Assembly: GCA_964016885.1 (NCBI GenBank)
Contig: OZ024761.1
Coordinates: 23,312,001-23,376,000 of the forward strand
Length of the DNA stretch: 64,000 nucleotides
Source: Eledone cirrhosa
Lineage: Eukaryota
Reading direction: 5' to 3'
Part shown: in pieces, positions 28,697 through 44,799 of the stretch
How positions within the stretch are numbered: the stretch's first letter is position 1
How the letters are laid out: each line of letters starts with the position of its first letter
Notes under the pieces: model-generated
The model's database searches: none
What the model saw: the letters and a program-made list of their open reading frames with translations, nothing else
Told to the model about the DNA's origin: nothing
Position numbers and translations under genes: made by a program

Positions 28697-30685
28697 ATAT
28701 ATATATATATTCAGATTTGATATTTTCCATTACTCCATTTATTTTCGCTGTAGTTGCATTCAAGATTACTTCTAGCCAGTATTACTCTGTGCATGACTTT
28801 AATTTCATAAACCGTATTTGATAGTGGATTGAACGAATCATTATGGCGGCATTTTGTTCCGGCACTCGACGTTCTCAGTTCAAATTTACAGGCCCTGTTG
28901 TGCCTGTTGTGTTACCGTGTGGTTGTGTTGCTTGTGTTGATAGTGTTGTTGTGGTGGTGTTGATAGTGTTGTTGTGGTTGTGTTGTTGTGGTTGTGTTGC
29001 TTGTGTTGATAGTGTTGTTGTGGTTGTGTTGCTTGTGTTGCTTGTGTTGATAGTGTTGTTGTGGTTGTGTTGATAGTGTAGTAGTGGTTGTGTTGCTAGT
29101 GTTGTTATGGTTGTGTTGCTTGTATTGATAGTGTTGTTGTGGTTGTGTTGATAGTGTTGTTGTGGTTGTGTTGCTCGTGTAGTAGTGGTTGTGTTGCTTG
29201 TGTTGATAGTGTTGTTGTTGTTGTGGTTGTGTTGCTTGTGTTGTTGTAGTTGTGTTGATAGTGATGTTGTGGTTGTGTTAATAGTGTAGTAGTGGTTGTG
29301 TTGCTAGTGTTGTTGTGGTTGTGTTGCTTGTGTTGATAGTGTTGTTGTGGTTATGTTGCTTGTGTTGATAGTGTTGTTGTGTTGCTAGTGTTGTTGTGGT
29401 TGTGTTGATAGTGTTGTTGTGGTTGTGTTGATAGTGTTGTTGTGGTTGTGTTGATAGTGTAGTAGTGGTTGTGTTGCTAGTGTTGTTGTTGGGTTTCTGT
29501 TTCCTTGCTGCTGCTGTTGTTATGGTTGTGTTGCAAGTGCTATTCTTGTAGTTTGTTTCCTTACTGATGTTGTTGTTGTGATTATGTTGCAAATTTTTTT
29601 ATAATTTTGTGAAATTAATCTTCCCGTTTTACAAAAAACATAGGAAAAGTTTTTCTAAAAAAAAAAAAAAATGAAAATAAAAACAACAAAATAACAAGAA
29701 CAGCAATAGAAACATGACAACATCCTCAACGACAACATCCTCAACAACAACAATAGCAACAACAGTAACAACAGTAATAATGACAGCAACAATAAAAACT
29801 TCAATAACAACGTCAATAACGACAACAACAGCAACAACAATAATAACAACAACAAAAATAACACCATCAATGGCAGCAAATCTTTAGAAGAACGAAACCA
29901 AAATAAAACAAGGACCATAACTAAGGCAAGCTAGAACATTAACAGAAAAAAAACAGCAATAAAGCAGAAAAATAGATGAAGAATACAGCAAACAAAATGG
30001 TTGACATAGTGAAATACTTTCGTGTAGCGACAGTTTTAGTATTCTGTAACGTTTACAGATTTTAGACAGTTTGTTTTAGTAAGAATCGTGGGTGGTTGAT
30101 TGAGAAGAGGTGTTGGGGAAGGTAGTACCGGCTTAAAGATGGGGGTTTTTTCTGACAATTCCTACAGAGTTTAGTCTATAGAATCTAAATGAAAATGTTA
30201 TGTCTTACATATATAAATACGTTTTAATGTGTATGATATAAATATTAAAACATGATGAAGAAAACTTCCTCCTTTCTCTTCCTATACTGAAAATGATTTT
30301 CCGCCACTTTTATATCGATATTACGGTTCAACCCTGTTCAATCCTGATTGACAGGATCTATGATAAAAGACATTCCAGCCGTGACTATCCCATATCTTAA
30401 GGCATATATAGGAATACATTATCAAATGTGAACTTCCAGATTTTTTTTTTAATATTTTCTTATTATGTTTCAGATGTCTTCAGATAAACAGACGAAAAAG
30501 TCTAGATGTAATAGCTTATTCAATACATATCGATCTATAAAATTTATATATTTTATTTGAACCGTCGGTCGTTCTAGAACTAAACTCAGTGTTTCAATCC
30601 GAGTTCGTTGTACTCGTCTGGATCAAGAAAGATGTTCCTGATTAACAACAAAGCAACATGATTAGAAGCGTTGAACAATGGTGTA

Positions 30686-30754
<69 letters not shown>

Positions 30755-30939
30755 CGTTAAGTATTTCTGTGAAAAGAGTAAAGGAAAAAAGAGTGCTCTA
30801 TGATTAGTAGAGAGCTATTTAATTATAAATATGTATATATATATATATGTGTGTGTGTGTGCGTTAAGTATTTCTGTGGAAAGGTAAAGGAAAGAAGAGT
30901 GCTCCATGATTAGTAGAGAGCTATTTAATTATAAATATG

Positions 30940-31283
<344 letters not shown>

Positions 31284-31771
31284 AACACACACACATATAT
31301 ATATAAGAACAAACAGAGGTTCAAAAAGTCTTATTAGTTTCACGCTTTATATGGAAAAGGAGAAAGAAAGTTCGCCGTGTCGAGATTTCGCCCTTCTTCA
31401 AGATTACAAAAATAGAGACACAAGGGATAGCTAGAGAGGACTAAACGTGGTCCAAATTCCCGGTTAGGGAAGAACATGGTTCGCTCGTTCTTTTTCGGAC
31501 ATGTTAGCATTTGAAAATAACAACAACAACAGTCAACAGCAACAAGAGCACGACATTTAACATAAATGTATATGTGTGTGGGTGTATGCGGGGGAGTAAA
31601 TGCGCATGCGTGTGTATATATCTCTTGTGATTTGCTCAAGAGAACAAGCCTTGCAGATACAAATTAAAATACGTAATACTTCGGGGAAAAACTGGCTAAT
31701 GTACTTTATTCTGTTGTCAAATTAGTGTATATATATAAACATAGATGAAGATGGGGTGTTAATAGATAGGC

Positions 31772-31824
<53 letters not shown>

Positions 31825-31873
31825 CATATATACTTATGCGTATCTCTCTCTCTCTGTATATATATATACAGAG

Positions 31874-31904
<31 letters not shown>

Positions 31905-32108
31905 TAGATAGATGTAATATATCGAAAATTTCTCAAATTAGATAAGTTATAATTAAATAAAATTGATTTTTGGAACACGAAATTAAACAATTACTTACAC
32001 GAAACCAACGTAAGTAGCGAGACATATAAACACACACACACACACGCACACGCACACACACACACACACACATCTGCACAATGACGGACAGACAGACATA
32101 AGGATAAT

Positions 32109-32151
<43 letters not shown>

Positions 32152-32204
32152 GTGCCGATAATCACACATATATATATATGTGTGTGTGAGTCTGTGCGTT
32201 TATA

Positions 32205-32241
<37 letters not shown>

Positions 32242-32445
32242 GTGTGTGTGTGCGTGTGTGTGTGCGTGTGTGTTAGAAAGTAAATTACATAGATTATCTA
32301 CATTAAGGAAACGCCAAAAAGTGGAATCCATGTTTGAAATTTAATTAAAGCTGAAATCACCAATCAAATATGGCCACTGAACTATTGCGTTCCTTCAGCT
32401 GTATCGATTAGTTCAATCGCACACACAGACAGACAGGTATATATG

Positions 32446-32504
<59 letters not shown>

Positions 32505-32557
32505 GAGAGAGAGAGATATGTATATATAGATGTATACATATATGAATATATACATAT

Positions 32558-32610
<53 letters not shown>

Positions 32611-32612
<2 letters not shown>

Positions 32613-32790
32613 ACGAAGGAATTGTGGTAAGGAACCAGATGGACCATAACGCACCAAAGTACTCAATACTTAAGGTAGTGGAGTGGGTAATAGGAGAAAG
32701 TATGACCTCGACGGCAGAGCTCAAGCCGTTTCGACGTCCAGAAATAGTCGTCGAAACGGCTTGAGCTCTGCCGTAGGGGTCATACTTGTT

Positions 32791-32792
<2 letters not shown>
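32611..32792 (-). mobile_element. Family A fold-back element, opposite orientation
   Basis: Highly similar to 44912-45108 in reverse; arms 32691-32736 and 32749-32794; (TA)n flanks. Confidence 0.7.
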
Positions 32793-32828
<36 letters not shown>

Positions 32829-32830
<2 letters not shown>

Positions 32831-32948
32831 AAAAGCGTCAGGACCCCGACGGCTGAGCTCCGGCCGTTTCCACAGCTAAATCCGTACTGAGTTCCAGTAA
32901 TCTGGTATGTTATGGTCGACCTGGTTTCTTACCACACTTTCTTTGTTA
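32829..32948 (+). mobile_element. Diverged family A relative
   Basis: ggaccccgacggctgagctccggccgtttc plus tail ctggtatgttatggtcgacctggtttcttaccaca...gtta. Confidence 0.55.
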
Positions 32949-33339
32949 TATATATATATAAGTTAGACTATTATTCAACTGAGTACTCAATACTTGTGTC
33001 TGACAGAATAATTGGTCAGTAGTTTACCTACTCGAGATTGTTATCTCACCTATTCATTTCAATATAGGAGAAGCAGCCTCAATTGTTTGATTCGTTCCCT
33101 CAATATATGATTGGTTCTTATTGTATTAACCATAGAGGAATTGAAACTAAAGTCAGTAGATTTTATATAATGCATTTGCCAAGGCAGCATACTGAACCAC
33201 AACACCCGTTGTGTTACGTGATGGAAATCTCCTCACATATTAGGACTACCTAAGAGGCTTAAGATGCCACAAGAAATAGAAGCCAAAAGAAACTGTGATA
33301 GAACTTGACAGGTTAAAGAGCCGTTTAATATTAATTATG

Positions 33340-33590
33340 GAGGGATGGGGGCTAGTGGTAAGGGTGTTGGACTTATGACCATATCGTTGGGCGGTTCAAT
33401 TTTTGGACTGGGTTGTGTGTTGTGTTCCTGGGCAAAACACTTCATTTTCTTGTTACTCAAGTACACTCAACTGAAAATTAGTACCAGCAATATCTGTGAG
33501 TTTAACCCTACGATGGACTGGCGTCGTGTCCAGGGTGGGGGGCGTATTGTACGCTTGACACCATGAAAACCGGGATAAGCATGGGCTTAA
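33340..33590 (+). mobile_element. Second tRNA-derived SINE with CORE-like and V-domain-like segments
   Basis: A-box-like ggctagtggtaag, B-box-like ggttcaat, CORE-like gtgttcctgggcaaaacactt, and accctacgatggactggcgtcgtgtccaggg. Confidence 0.6.
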
Positions 33591-33835
33591 CAAAACGTCT
33601 GGTTTAACCTTTTAGCTTTTAAACCGGACATTATCCGGCCACAATTCTCTCACCTCTTTCTGTTCAAACCGGACATAAATGGCCACTCATATTGACATTA
33701 ATGTATTGTTCTCAATATAAATAATAACATAAAAATCTCATAGATTCCATACTATGTGAGATAATCATGTGAGATAAAGTGTTTACCGAGCTTGAGACAG
33801 TCTTTAGACTTTATATTAATTAAAGATTAGCTGAG

Positions 33836-34025
33836 GGCGGTGGATTGGCAGTATCGGTAGAGGGTCGGACACCATGCTTTGACGCATAGAGTTACGGCCC
33901 TTGGCATTCTGAGTTCAAATCCCGCCGAGGTTAACTTTGCCTTTCATCCTTACGGGGTCGATAAAATAAAGTACCAGTAATGCACTGGGGTAATTGCTGG
34001 CCTTGTGCCAAAAGTAGAAACAATT
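33836..34025 (+). mobile_element. SINE family S, full length
   Basis: Same consensus; aattaaagattagct is repeated on both sides (TSD-like). Confidence 0.9.
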
Positions 34026-34104
34026 AATTAAAGATTAGCTTGTCTCTAAAGCTTAAACACCTCAGAGAGAGAAATCAGAGAAGCAATGTTATATATTAAA
34101 TTAA

Positions 34105-34207
34105 GGATGCACTGCGGAAGAATTGGCAAACGCTATGAGAGACAGAGATGGATGGAGGAAACGTGTCGTAGAAAGCCGAGCAAGCTCGACCTGATGATAC
34201 TGATGAC
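34105..34207 (+). mobile_element. RTE-type LINE 3' end
   Basis: GCTAEELANAMRDRDGWRKRVVESRASST* followed by a tga-rich tail. Confidence 0.65.
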
Positions 34208-34418
34208 ATTTAAGTAAGAAAATACTCTATTTATGAGAGTATAAACCAGATAGGCATAAATATATTTTATCTAAACTTATATATAGATTTCCTTACCACG
34301 GTTTCATATGGGAGAGATTCTTATTAGAAACACCACAGCATGCTACCTCGGCAAATGAAACAATTTGTATGATTTCATTGTTGTTGTTGATATTGTGGTT
34401 GTTATTGTTGTTATTAAT

Positions 34419-34601
34419 AATTGTTTCTACATTTGGCACAAGGCCAGCAATTACCCCAGTGTATTACTGGTACTTTATTTTATCGAGCCCCGGAAGGATG
34501 AAAGGCAAAGTTAACCTCGGCGGGATTTGAACTCAGATCATAAAGGGCCGTAACTCTATACTGCAAAGCATGGCATCCGACCCTCTACCATATACTGCCA
34601 A
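34419..34601 (-). mobile_element. SINE family S
   Basis: Reverse copy about 400 bp from the + copy at 33836. Confidence 0.88.
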
Positions 34602-35086
34602 GTTGTTGTTGTTGTTGTTGTTGCCGTTGTAATTTTTATTGTTGTAGTTATTACTGTGGTTGTTATAGTTGTTATTATTGTGGTTGCTGCTATTGTGGGT
34701 TGTGTTGTTATTAATGTTACTATTGTTGCTGTTCTTCTTATTGTGACTGTTGTTGTTATTGTAATAGTTATTATTATTGTTATTGTTGTTGCTATTATTG
34801 TTGCTAATTTTATGGTAGGTGTTGTTGTTGTTGCTACGATTTTCTATAAGTAATTTGTGTACCAGGAGAAAAAATACGGATAATATATAAGTTCCTTCTA
34901 CTTTCTCCAGATTATCTGCCCTGGAGCCACCAGTTTTGTTTCCGCCAATAGAGGGAGCTGCTGCCAGTATTGCTACGCTAGATTTGGCTGCTTACAATGG
35001 CGGTGAGTTTTTTTATGCAATTATTTAACATTTTTTGTATTTTTATTTTATTTTTGGTGACTCAATATTTTTTAAATCTATATATA

Positions 35087-35415
35087 ATAAAATATATATA
35101 ATAAAATATATGTAATAAAATATATATAATAAAATATATATAATAAAATATATGTAATAAAATATATATAATAAAATATATATAATAAAATATATGTAAT
35201 AAAATATATATAATAAAATATATGTAATAAAATATATATAATAAAATATATATAATAAAATATATGTAATAAAATATATATAATAAAATATATGTAATAA
35301 AATATATATAATAAAATATATATAATAAAATATATATAATAAAATATATATAATAAAATATATATAATAAAATATATATAATAAAATATATATAATAAAA
35401 TATATGTAATAAAAT
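35087..35415. repeat. 14-bp AT minisatellite (ataaaatatat[a/g]ta)
   Basis: Direct tandem copies. Confidence 0.9.
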
Positions 35416-35712
35416 ATTTATATGTATGATAATATATAATATATGTATGTATATAATATATATATATATATATATTTATTAAAATAACAAATTAAAGTTT
35501 AAGCAAAGAATCGCTGCTTTCACCCTTAACGGGATCTTCTGTTATTTTAATAAATATTTGCTCTACGGTTCATATATATTTGATATATATTTATCCTTAT
35601 CGAGCCCTCTTTGGATTTTAGTCTTCAAATTTATTATTATTATTAATATATATATATATATAATTTCTACATTTGCCAATCCACTGCCGTGTATTTACAT
35701 GTAATAATAATA

Positions 35713-35810
<98 letters not shown>

Positions 35811-35909
35811 GTCCTATATGAGTGAGACAAGGTCACCCGACCAAACTTGCCTCAAATGAGACAAACTCGTAAAACCCATGCTAGCAAGAAAGATAGTCGT
35901 TAAAGGATG

Positions 35910-35976
<67 letters not shown>

Positions 35977-36121
35977 CTGGTTATAATTCTGTATTGGCGA
36001 TCGAGTGACGCAAAATTAGGCGGATAGCGATCTCTAGACATACCAGCTCAGTGAAACAAATGTAAGCTATGTGATTAAAAACTTTTTGTATAGCAAACCA
36101 TGTAAACCTTCTTTCCTGATT

Positions 36122-36164
<43 letters not shown>

Positions 36165-36227
36165 ATAATATGAGCAAAGACAGGAAAATGAACAAACACC
36201 AGTCGACCAATAAAGATATGTTGCTTT

Positions 36228-36280
<53 letters not shown>

Positions 36281-36845
36281 ATGTTAAATTATAGGACACT
36301 ACCATCACACTCATTACAATATGGCCCTCTCCCCTCGATGTATAACAAAAATACCAATAATGCAACTGCTGCTGTTGCTGGTGTTGCTACTATTGTTCGC
36401 GGTGGCGTAGGCGGGGGTAGTGGTAGTGGTAGTAGTAGTAGTTGGTAAGTAGGTCCTCACCAGCCAATGAAACACCACGTTGGTTTTTATAACTTTAATG
36501 TTATTTTTGTGACTATATTTTGTAGTATGTAACAGTTAATATATATATATATATATATATATATCATACACATATGTTTAGTTACATGTGTCTATATATG
36601 TGAGTGTTTGTGTATATATATCTATACATATAATGTGTATATATATGTATCTATACATATATGTATATATGTATATATCATTATATATATATATATATAT
36701 TTATATGAATATATATGTATAGATATTTATATATATATGTGTATATATATATTTATATATATGTATATATATATATACAAATGTGTATGTGTATATACAT
36801 CCATATATATATATAAGTATATATGTGTATATCTGTATACATATA

Positions 36846-36880
<35 letters not shown>

Positions 36881-36902
36881 TTGTATATCTGTATACACAC
36901 TC

Positions 36903-36976
<74 letters not shown>

Positions 36977-37336
36977 TATGTGTATGAATACACGTATATA
37001 CACATGCATAAACACATCATATTATATAGTATTGCTGTTATTGTAATGCGAGATGATAAAGAGATATATAACATAACACAGCGTTCAGGGCATATATGTA
37101 TTAAGAGAACATAAAGAAAAATCTTAAATAAGGGAGGGATGCGTAGACATAAATATTTATTACACTACCTATAAAATATTACAATTGCTGACAAATCAAT
37201 AACAATTAGAAAATCAATGAATTTGTCCAACAATAAAGCTGGATACTTTGAAAAAATATGACAGCAAAAAAAAAAAAAAAATTTAAAAATGGCCTCCTCA
37301 TCTTCACGTCACGCTAGAATGAGAATTGTTATTAGA

Positions 37337-37368
<32 letters not shown>

Positions 37369-37376
37369 GCTCTACA

Positions 37377-37456
<80 letters not shown>

Positions 37457-37546
37457 CATATACATATATATCGTATGTATATATAATATGTATATAATAT
37501 GTATATATATGTATATATATTTATATATATATATATATATATATAC

Positions 37547-37605
<59 letters not shown>

Positions 37606-37717
37606 TATATATATATATTTATATATATATATTTATATATATATATTTATATATATATATTTATATATATATATTTATATATATATATATATATTCATAT
37701 ATATATTTATATATATT

Positions 37718-37752
<35 letters not shown>

Positions 37753-38208
37753 ATATATATATTCATATATATGTATTTATATATATTTATATATATATAT
37801 ATTCATATATATGTATTTATATATATTTATATATATATATATATATTCATATATACATATTTATATATATTCATATATATGTATTTATATATATTTATAT
37901 ATATATATATATATTCATATATACATATTTATATATATTTATATATATATATTCATATATATATATTTATATATATATATTTATATGTACATATATTTAT
38001 ATATATATATATTTATATATATATATTTATATATACATATATTTATATATATATATATTTATATACATATATATATATATACATATATATATATTTATAT
38101 ATATATATTTATATATACATATATATACATATATATTTATATATATATATATTTATATACATATATATATACATATATATATATTTATATATATATATTT
38201 ATATATAC

Positions 38209-38242
<34 letters not shown>

Positions 38243-38297
38243 ATTTATACACATATATATATATATACATATATATATATATTTATATATATATATT

Positions 38298-38346
<49 letters not shown>

Positions 38347-38569
38347 ATTTATATATATATATATATACTTATATATATATATATATATATATAAATATAT
38401 ATATTTATATATATATATATTTATATATATATATATATACTTATATATATATATATTTATATATATATATATACTTATATATATATATATATATATATAA
38501 ATATATATATATATTTATATATATATATATACTTATATATATATATATATATATATAAATATATATATT

Positions 38570-38600
<31 letters not shown>

Positions 38601-38621
38601 ATACTTATATATATATATATT

Positions 38622-38661
<40 letters not shown>

Positions 38662-38682
38662 TATATATATATATTTATATAT

Positions 38683-38734
<52 letters not shown>

Positions 38735-38753
38735 ATTTATATATATATATATT

Positions 38754-38786
<33 letters not shown>

Positions 38787-38789
38787 ATT

Positions 38790-38853
<64 letters not shown>

Positions 38854-38934
38854 CACGCACACATATTTATAGATAGGTAATCGATGTGTGTGTGCATGCA
38901 TATATATAAATATGTATGTATATATACATTCACG

Positions 38935-39005
<71 letters not shown>

Positions 39006-39279
39006 TATATGTATATACTAGTTGGTATTTCTATTAGTCTCACCTTCTTTATAAATTATCTCTGTGTTTCTATATTGAAGGGGGGGGGGGTCAATCATTC
39101 CAAATACAAACTCAGACTAAATAATCGATAAAATAATCACCAGACTTCAATGAATAAGTATTCGGATTGATATGATTAGCTTAATCAATGTGGTGTCCCA
39201 CAATAGCCGATGTGTAATAACTAGAGATATCCCACAATGACTTAGCGATGTCTAATGAATCGCGGTGTTGTCCCTCAAT

Positions 39280-41102
39280 AGCCACTACAGGTCTCCCACA
39301 ATAGATACTAGAGATGTCCCACTATAGCTACTAGAGGTGTCCCACTATAGCTACTAGAGGTGTCCCACAATAGACACTAGAGGTGTCCCACGGTGGCTAC
39401 TAGAGGTGTCCCACAATAGCCACTAGAGGTGTCCCACAATAGCCACTAGAGGTGTCCCACTATAGCTACTAGAGGTGTCCCACAATAGACACTAGAGGTG
39501 TCCCACGGTGGCTACTAGAGGTGTCCCACAATAGCCACTAGAGGTGGCCCACTATAGACACTAGAGGTGTTCCACTATAGCTACTATAGGTGTCCCACAA
39601 TAGACACTAGAGGTGTCCCACGGTGGCTACTAGAGGTGTCCCACAATAGCCACTAGAGGTGTCCCACAATAGCCACTAGAGGTGTCCCACTATAGACACT
39701 AGAGGTGTCCCACTATAGACACTAGAGGTGTCCCACAATAGACACTAGAGGTGTCCAACAATAGACGCTAGAGGTGTCCCACTATAGCCACTAGAGATGT
39801 CCCACAATAATCACTAGAGGTGTCCCATAATAGCCACTAGAGGTGTCCTACTATAGCTACTAGAGGTGTCCCACTATAGCCACTAGAGATGTCCCACAAT
39901 AGACACTAGAGGTGTCCCACAATAGCCACTAGAGGTTTCCCACAATAGACACTAGAGGTGTCCCACTATAGCTACTAGAGGTGTCCCACTATAGCTACTA
40001 GAGGTGTCCCACAATATACACTAGAGGTGTCCCACGGTGGCTACTAGAGGTGTCCCACAATAGCCACTAGAGGTGTCCCACAATAGCCACTAGAGGTGTC
40101 CCACAATAGCCACTAGAGGTGTCCCACTATAGCTACTAGAGGTGTCCCACTATAGCTACTAGAGGTGTCCCACAATAGCCACTAGAGGTGTCCCACTATA
40201 GCCACTAGAGGTGTCCCACTATAGACACTAGAGGTATCCCACAATAGACACTAGAGGTGTCCCACTATAGACACTAGAGGTCTCCCACAATAGACACTAG
40301 AGGTGTCCCACTATAGCTACTAGAGGTGTCCCACAATAATCAATAGAGGTGTCCCACAATAGCCACTAGAGATGTCCCATAATAGCCACTAGAGGTGTCC
40401 CACTATAGCTACTAGAGGTGTCCCACAATATACACTAGAGGTGTCCCACGGTGGCTACTAGAGGTGTCCCACAATAGCCACTAGAGGTGTCCCACAATAT
40501 ACACTAGAGGTGTCCCACGGTGGCTACTAGAGGTGTCCCACAATAGCCACTAGAGGTGTCCCACAATAGCCACTAGAGGTGTCCCACAATAGCCACTAGA
40601 GGTGTCCCACAATAGCCACTAGAGGTGTCCCACTATAGACACTAGAGGTCTCCCACAATAGACACTAGAGGTGTCCACACTATAGCTACTAGAGGTGTCC
40701 CACAATAATCAATAGAGGTGTCCCACAATAGACACTAGAGGTGTCCCACAATAGACACTAGAGGTGTCCCACGGTGGCTACTAGAGGTGTCCCACAATAG
40801 ACACTAGAGGTGTCCCACAATAGCCACTAGAGGTGTCCCACTATAGACACTAGAGGTGTCCCACATTAGACACTAGAGGTGTCCCACAATAGACACTAGA
40901 GGTGTCCCACAATAGCCACTAGAGGTGTCCCCACAATAGCCACTAGAGGTGTCCCACTATAGCTACTAGAGGTGTCCCACAATAGACACTAGAGGTGTCC
41001 CACAATAGCCACTAGAGGTGTCCCACTATAGCTACTAGAGGTGTCCCACAATAGACACTAGAGGTGTCCCACAATAGCCACTGAGGTGTCCCACGGTGGC
41101 TA
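39280..41102. repeat. 21-bp minisatellite, roughly 85 units
   Basis: Unit ccacaatagccactagaggtgtc-type with a few recurrent variants. Confidence 0.95.
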
Positions 41103-41427
41103 CAGCCTATGAACTGAAACATCGAGATGATAACAGAAAACAAACTTAAATCTGTGTATCTTGAAATATCATTGACAATCACATTATTTCAGTTCACACA
41201 ACACACACACACACGCACACATTCAAACACACACACACACACACACATTCAAACACACACTCACAAACACAAACACACACACACACACACACACATAGTC
41301 AGAAATAAACATATGCATACACCCAACAACAATATGCTCTGTCTATGCACTTACACACACAAACATATATATATATATATATAATATAAGTATGTATTTA
41401 TGCATGGATATTTATATTTATGTAGTG

Positions 41428-41472
<45 letters not shown>

Positions 41473-41496
41473 GTGTGTTTGTTTGTGTGTATATGC

Positions 41497-41538
<42 letters not shown>

Positions 41539-41620
41539 CACACATATATATATATACATAATATATGCATATACACCCCTAACAAACACATGGATGTGCA
41601 TATATATAATATATATAAAT

Positions 41621-41651
<31 letters not shown>

Positions 41652-41654
41652 AAT

Positions 41655-41685
<31 letters not shown>

Positions 41686-41712
41686 AATATATATACATAT
41701 ATATATATATAA

Positions 41713-41743
<31 letters not shown>

Positions 41744-41760
41744 AATATATATATATATAA

Positions 41761-41797
<37 letters not shown>

Positions 41798-41916
41798 AAT
41801 ATATATAATATAAATATATATACATATATATATATATATAAATATATATACATATATATATATATACCATACATTATATATACATATATACATTATATAT
41901 ATATACTTACATATAT

Positions 41917-41951
<35 letters not shown>

Positions 41952-42434
41952 CATACATATATATATATATATATACACATGCATATACACATATATACAT
42001 ATATATATATATATATATACATACATATACATACATACATATACATACATATACATACATAGTAAAATATACATACATACATATATATATACATATATAC
42101 ACACATATATATATATATGCGCATTCACTCAGGAATACCTGACTATGTATCTTTCAATAATTCTAACCAAGTGGAACTATAACATGGCATGAACAATGGA
42201 AGAAGCGGTAGATTTCTGCTCCAAGAAGCAAAAGAAATCTAAAGAATTTCTTCACAATGCCATCTAGGAATTTGGTAAAGGTCCATTGAGTTGATGACTT
42301 CCATGTTAAAACGCAGTCATTGCAACAGTGTGTTGGAATATACACTTCCCCCGTATCAGCACCGTACATCTGTACCCCCAGTAACAACAGCATTAGCAAT
42401 CCTAGTACCATTATTAGCGTTACCATTGACAAAA

Positions 42435-43490
42435 CTACTACTATTACTACTACTGCTGCTGCTACTGCTACCACTACTGCTATACTACTGCTACTACTAT
42501 TACTGCTACTACTATTACTGCTACTACTATTACTACTACTACTATTACTACTAGTGCTGCTGCTACTACTACCACTACTGCTATACTACTGCTACTACTA
42601 TTACTGCTACTACTATTACTGCTACTACTATTACTGCTACTACTATTACTACTACTGCTGCTGCTACTGCTACCACTACTGCTATACTACTGCTACTACT
42701 ATTACTGCTACTACTATTACTGCTACTACTATTACTACTACTACTGCTGCCACTGCTGCTACTACTACCACTGCTGCTATACTACCACCACTAATACTAC
42801 TGCTACTACTATTACTGCTACTAATACTACTGCTACTGCTGCTACTATTACTGCTACTGCTACTACTACTGCTACTACTATTACTGCTACTACTATTACT
42901 GCTACTACTATTACTGCTACTACTATTACTGCTACTACTATTACTACTACTACTATTACTACTACTGCTGCTGCTACTACTACCACTACTGCTATACTAC
43001 TGCTACTAATATTACTGCTACTACTATTACTGCTACTACTATTACTACTACTACTACTACTACCACTGCTGCTACTACTACCACTGCTGCTATACTACCA
43101 CCACTAATACTACTGCTACTACTATTACTGCTACTAATACTACTGCTACTGCTGCTGCTACTACTATTACTGCTACTGCTACTACTACTGCTACTACTAT
43201 TACTGCTACTACTATTACTGCTACTACTACTACTGCTGCTGCTACTATTACTGCTACTATTACTACTACTACCACTACTGTTACTACTATTACTACTATT
43301 ATTACTACTACTACTACTTCTACTACAATACTGCTATCACTGTCAACAAACTACTGCTACTACTACTACAATACTGTTATCACTGTCAACAAAACAAAAC
43401 TAACACCACCAATACAACAACTACTACTACTACTACTGCTACTACAATACTACTATCACTCTCAACGAAACTACCACCACTACTAATACC
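42435..43490. repeat. (ACT/GCT/ATT)n trinucleotide field
   Basis: Direct inspection; analogous (CAT/CAC)n at 47208-47645, (GTT/GTG) at 28915-29490 and (CAA)n at 52330-52770. Confidence 0.9.
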
Positions 43491-43527
43491 ATCGTCATTC
43501 TACAACTGTACCACTATTTACATATGA

Positions 43528-43697
43528 TGCATAGAGTTACGGGCCTTTATGATCTGAGTTCCAATCCCGCCGAGGTTAACTTTGCCTTTCATCCTTACGG
43601 GGGTCGATAAAATAAAGTACCAGTCACGCACTGGGGTCGATTTAATCGACTTTCCCCTCCCCCCAAAATTGCTGGGCTTGTGCCTATATAAGAAACC
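43528..43697 (+). mobile_element. SINE family S long variant, 5'-truncated
   Basis: Core plus gtcgatttaatcgac insert. Confidence 0.85.
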
Positions 43698-43964
43698 ACT
43701 ATTTACGTATGACGGCTACAAACTATGTTAAGAGTATGACAATGGCTTGTCAGATTACAGAAAATGGAGCACTTTCAGGCTACGGCCAGCCACACGAACC
43801 CGTAACATAACCTGGACAAGCAATGTCTGTGCTTTCAAAGGTTCTGTTTAAGTGGGGAAAGGCCTATATGTCTATTTTCCAAAAGATCTCAACATGAAAG
43901 GATCTGTTATTTTTTTTTTCCAATTCCACCCCGCCCGTTCCTATCTATCTTATTTCTCATTCTT

Positions 43965-44000
43965 TCTTCTGATGAAAGACTAGCGTCCGAAACGTTAAGA
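43965..44000 (+). ncRNA. Minimal type I hammerhead motif (PLE-type)
   Basis: tctt-CUGAUGA-a agac tagc gtcc-GAAA-CGUU-aaga: short stem II with a mismatch, palindromic stem III, 4-bp stem I. Confidence 0.55.
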
Positions 44001-44156
44001 CCCTCTTCCTACTATTTCAAGCGTTAAGCTGAATATATTTCTGCCATATACTGTACCGATTGTGTTGTTATTTCTGTTTACCTTTTAGATACATACACAC
44101 ACATATATATATATATATATAAATATATAAATATATAAGTAGAAGGGGTATTTAAT

Positions 44157-44201
<45 letters not shown>

Positions 44202-44272
44202 TGCTGATGATGTTGTTATGGAGGTGGTGGTAGGAGTAGTTTTGTCGTTGCTAGAGCTAATGGTGGTACTAG

Positions 44273-44307
<35 letters not shown>

Positions 44308-44700
44308 ATAAAATATATATATACACACAAGTGTGTAAAAGCAGGCAATAAAGGCTTATTTTGTCATGCTTCAGTCAAGAATATATATTGTGAGATATAT
44401 AATAAACGAATCCATTTTTGTATATTTGAAAGTTAACACCTTTTTTTTTCCTAATATAAATGAGGCTAAAAGGAGTTACTGTAGTGAGATGTATGGATGC
44501 GACGAGGGACAATAATAGAAAGAGCTAGGTGTTAGTCCAAGACATTTCAATAGTGTTCATGACTGCAAGAATGGATCGCTAAACGGAATCCGTTTTCCAA
44601 TACATCAATACATATTGCAATGGCCAGCAACAATGGCCAATCTCTATCTCTCGACACAATTACATGTGACAAAGTGTTCTTTTTAAACTTGGCAATTGAT

Positions 44701-44799
<99 letters not shown>

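Noticed and set aside
39280-41102. CRISPR-like regular repeats
   Set aside because: No unique spacers, eukaryotic context and no cas genes
42163-42474. Possible upstream Kv exon
   Set aside because: No T1 similarity; N-terminal part is a trinucleotide repeat
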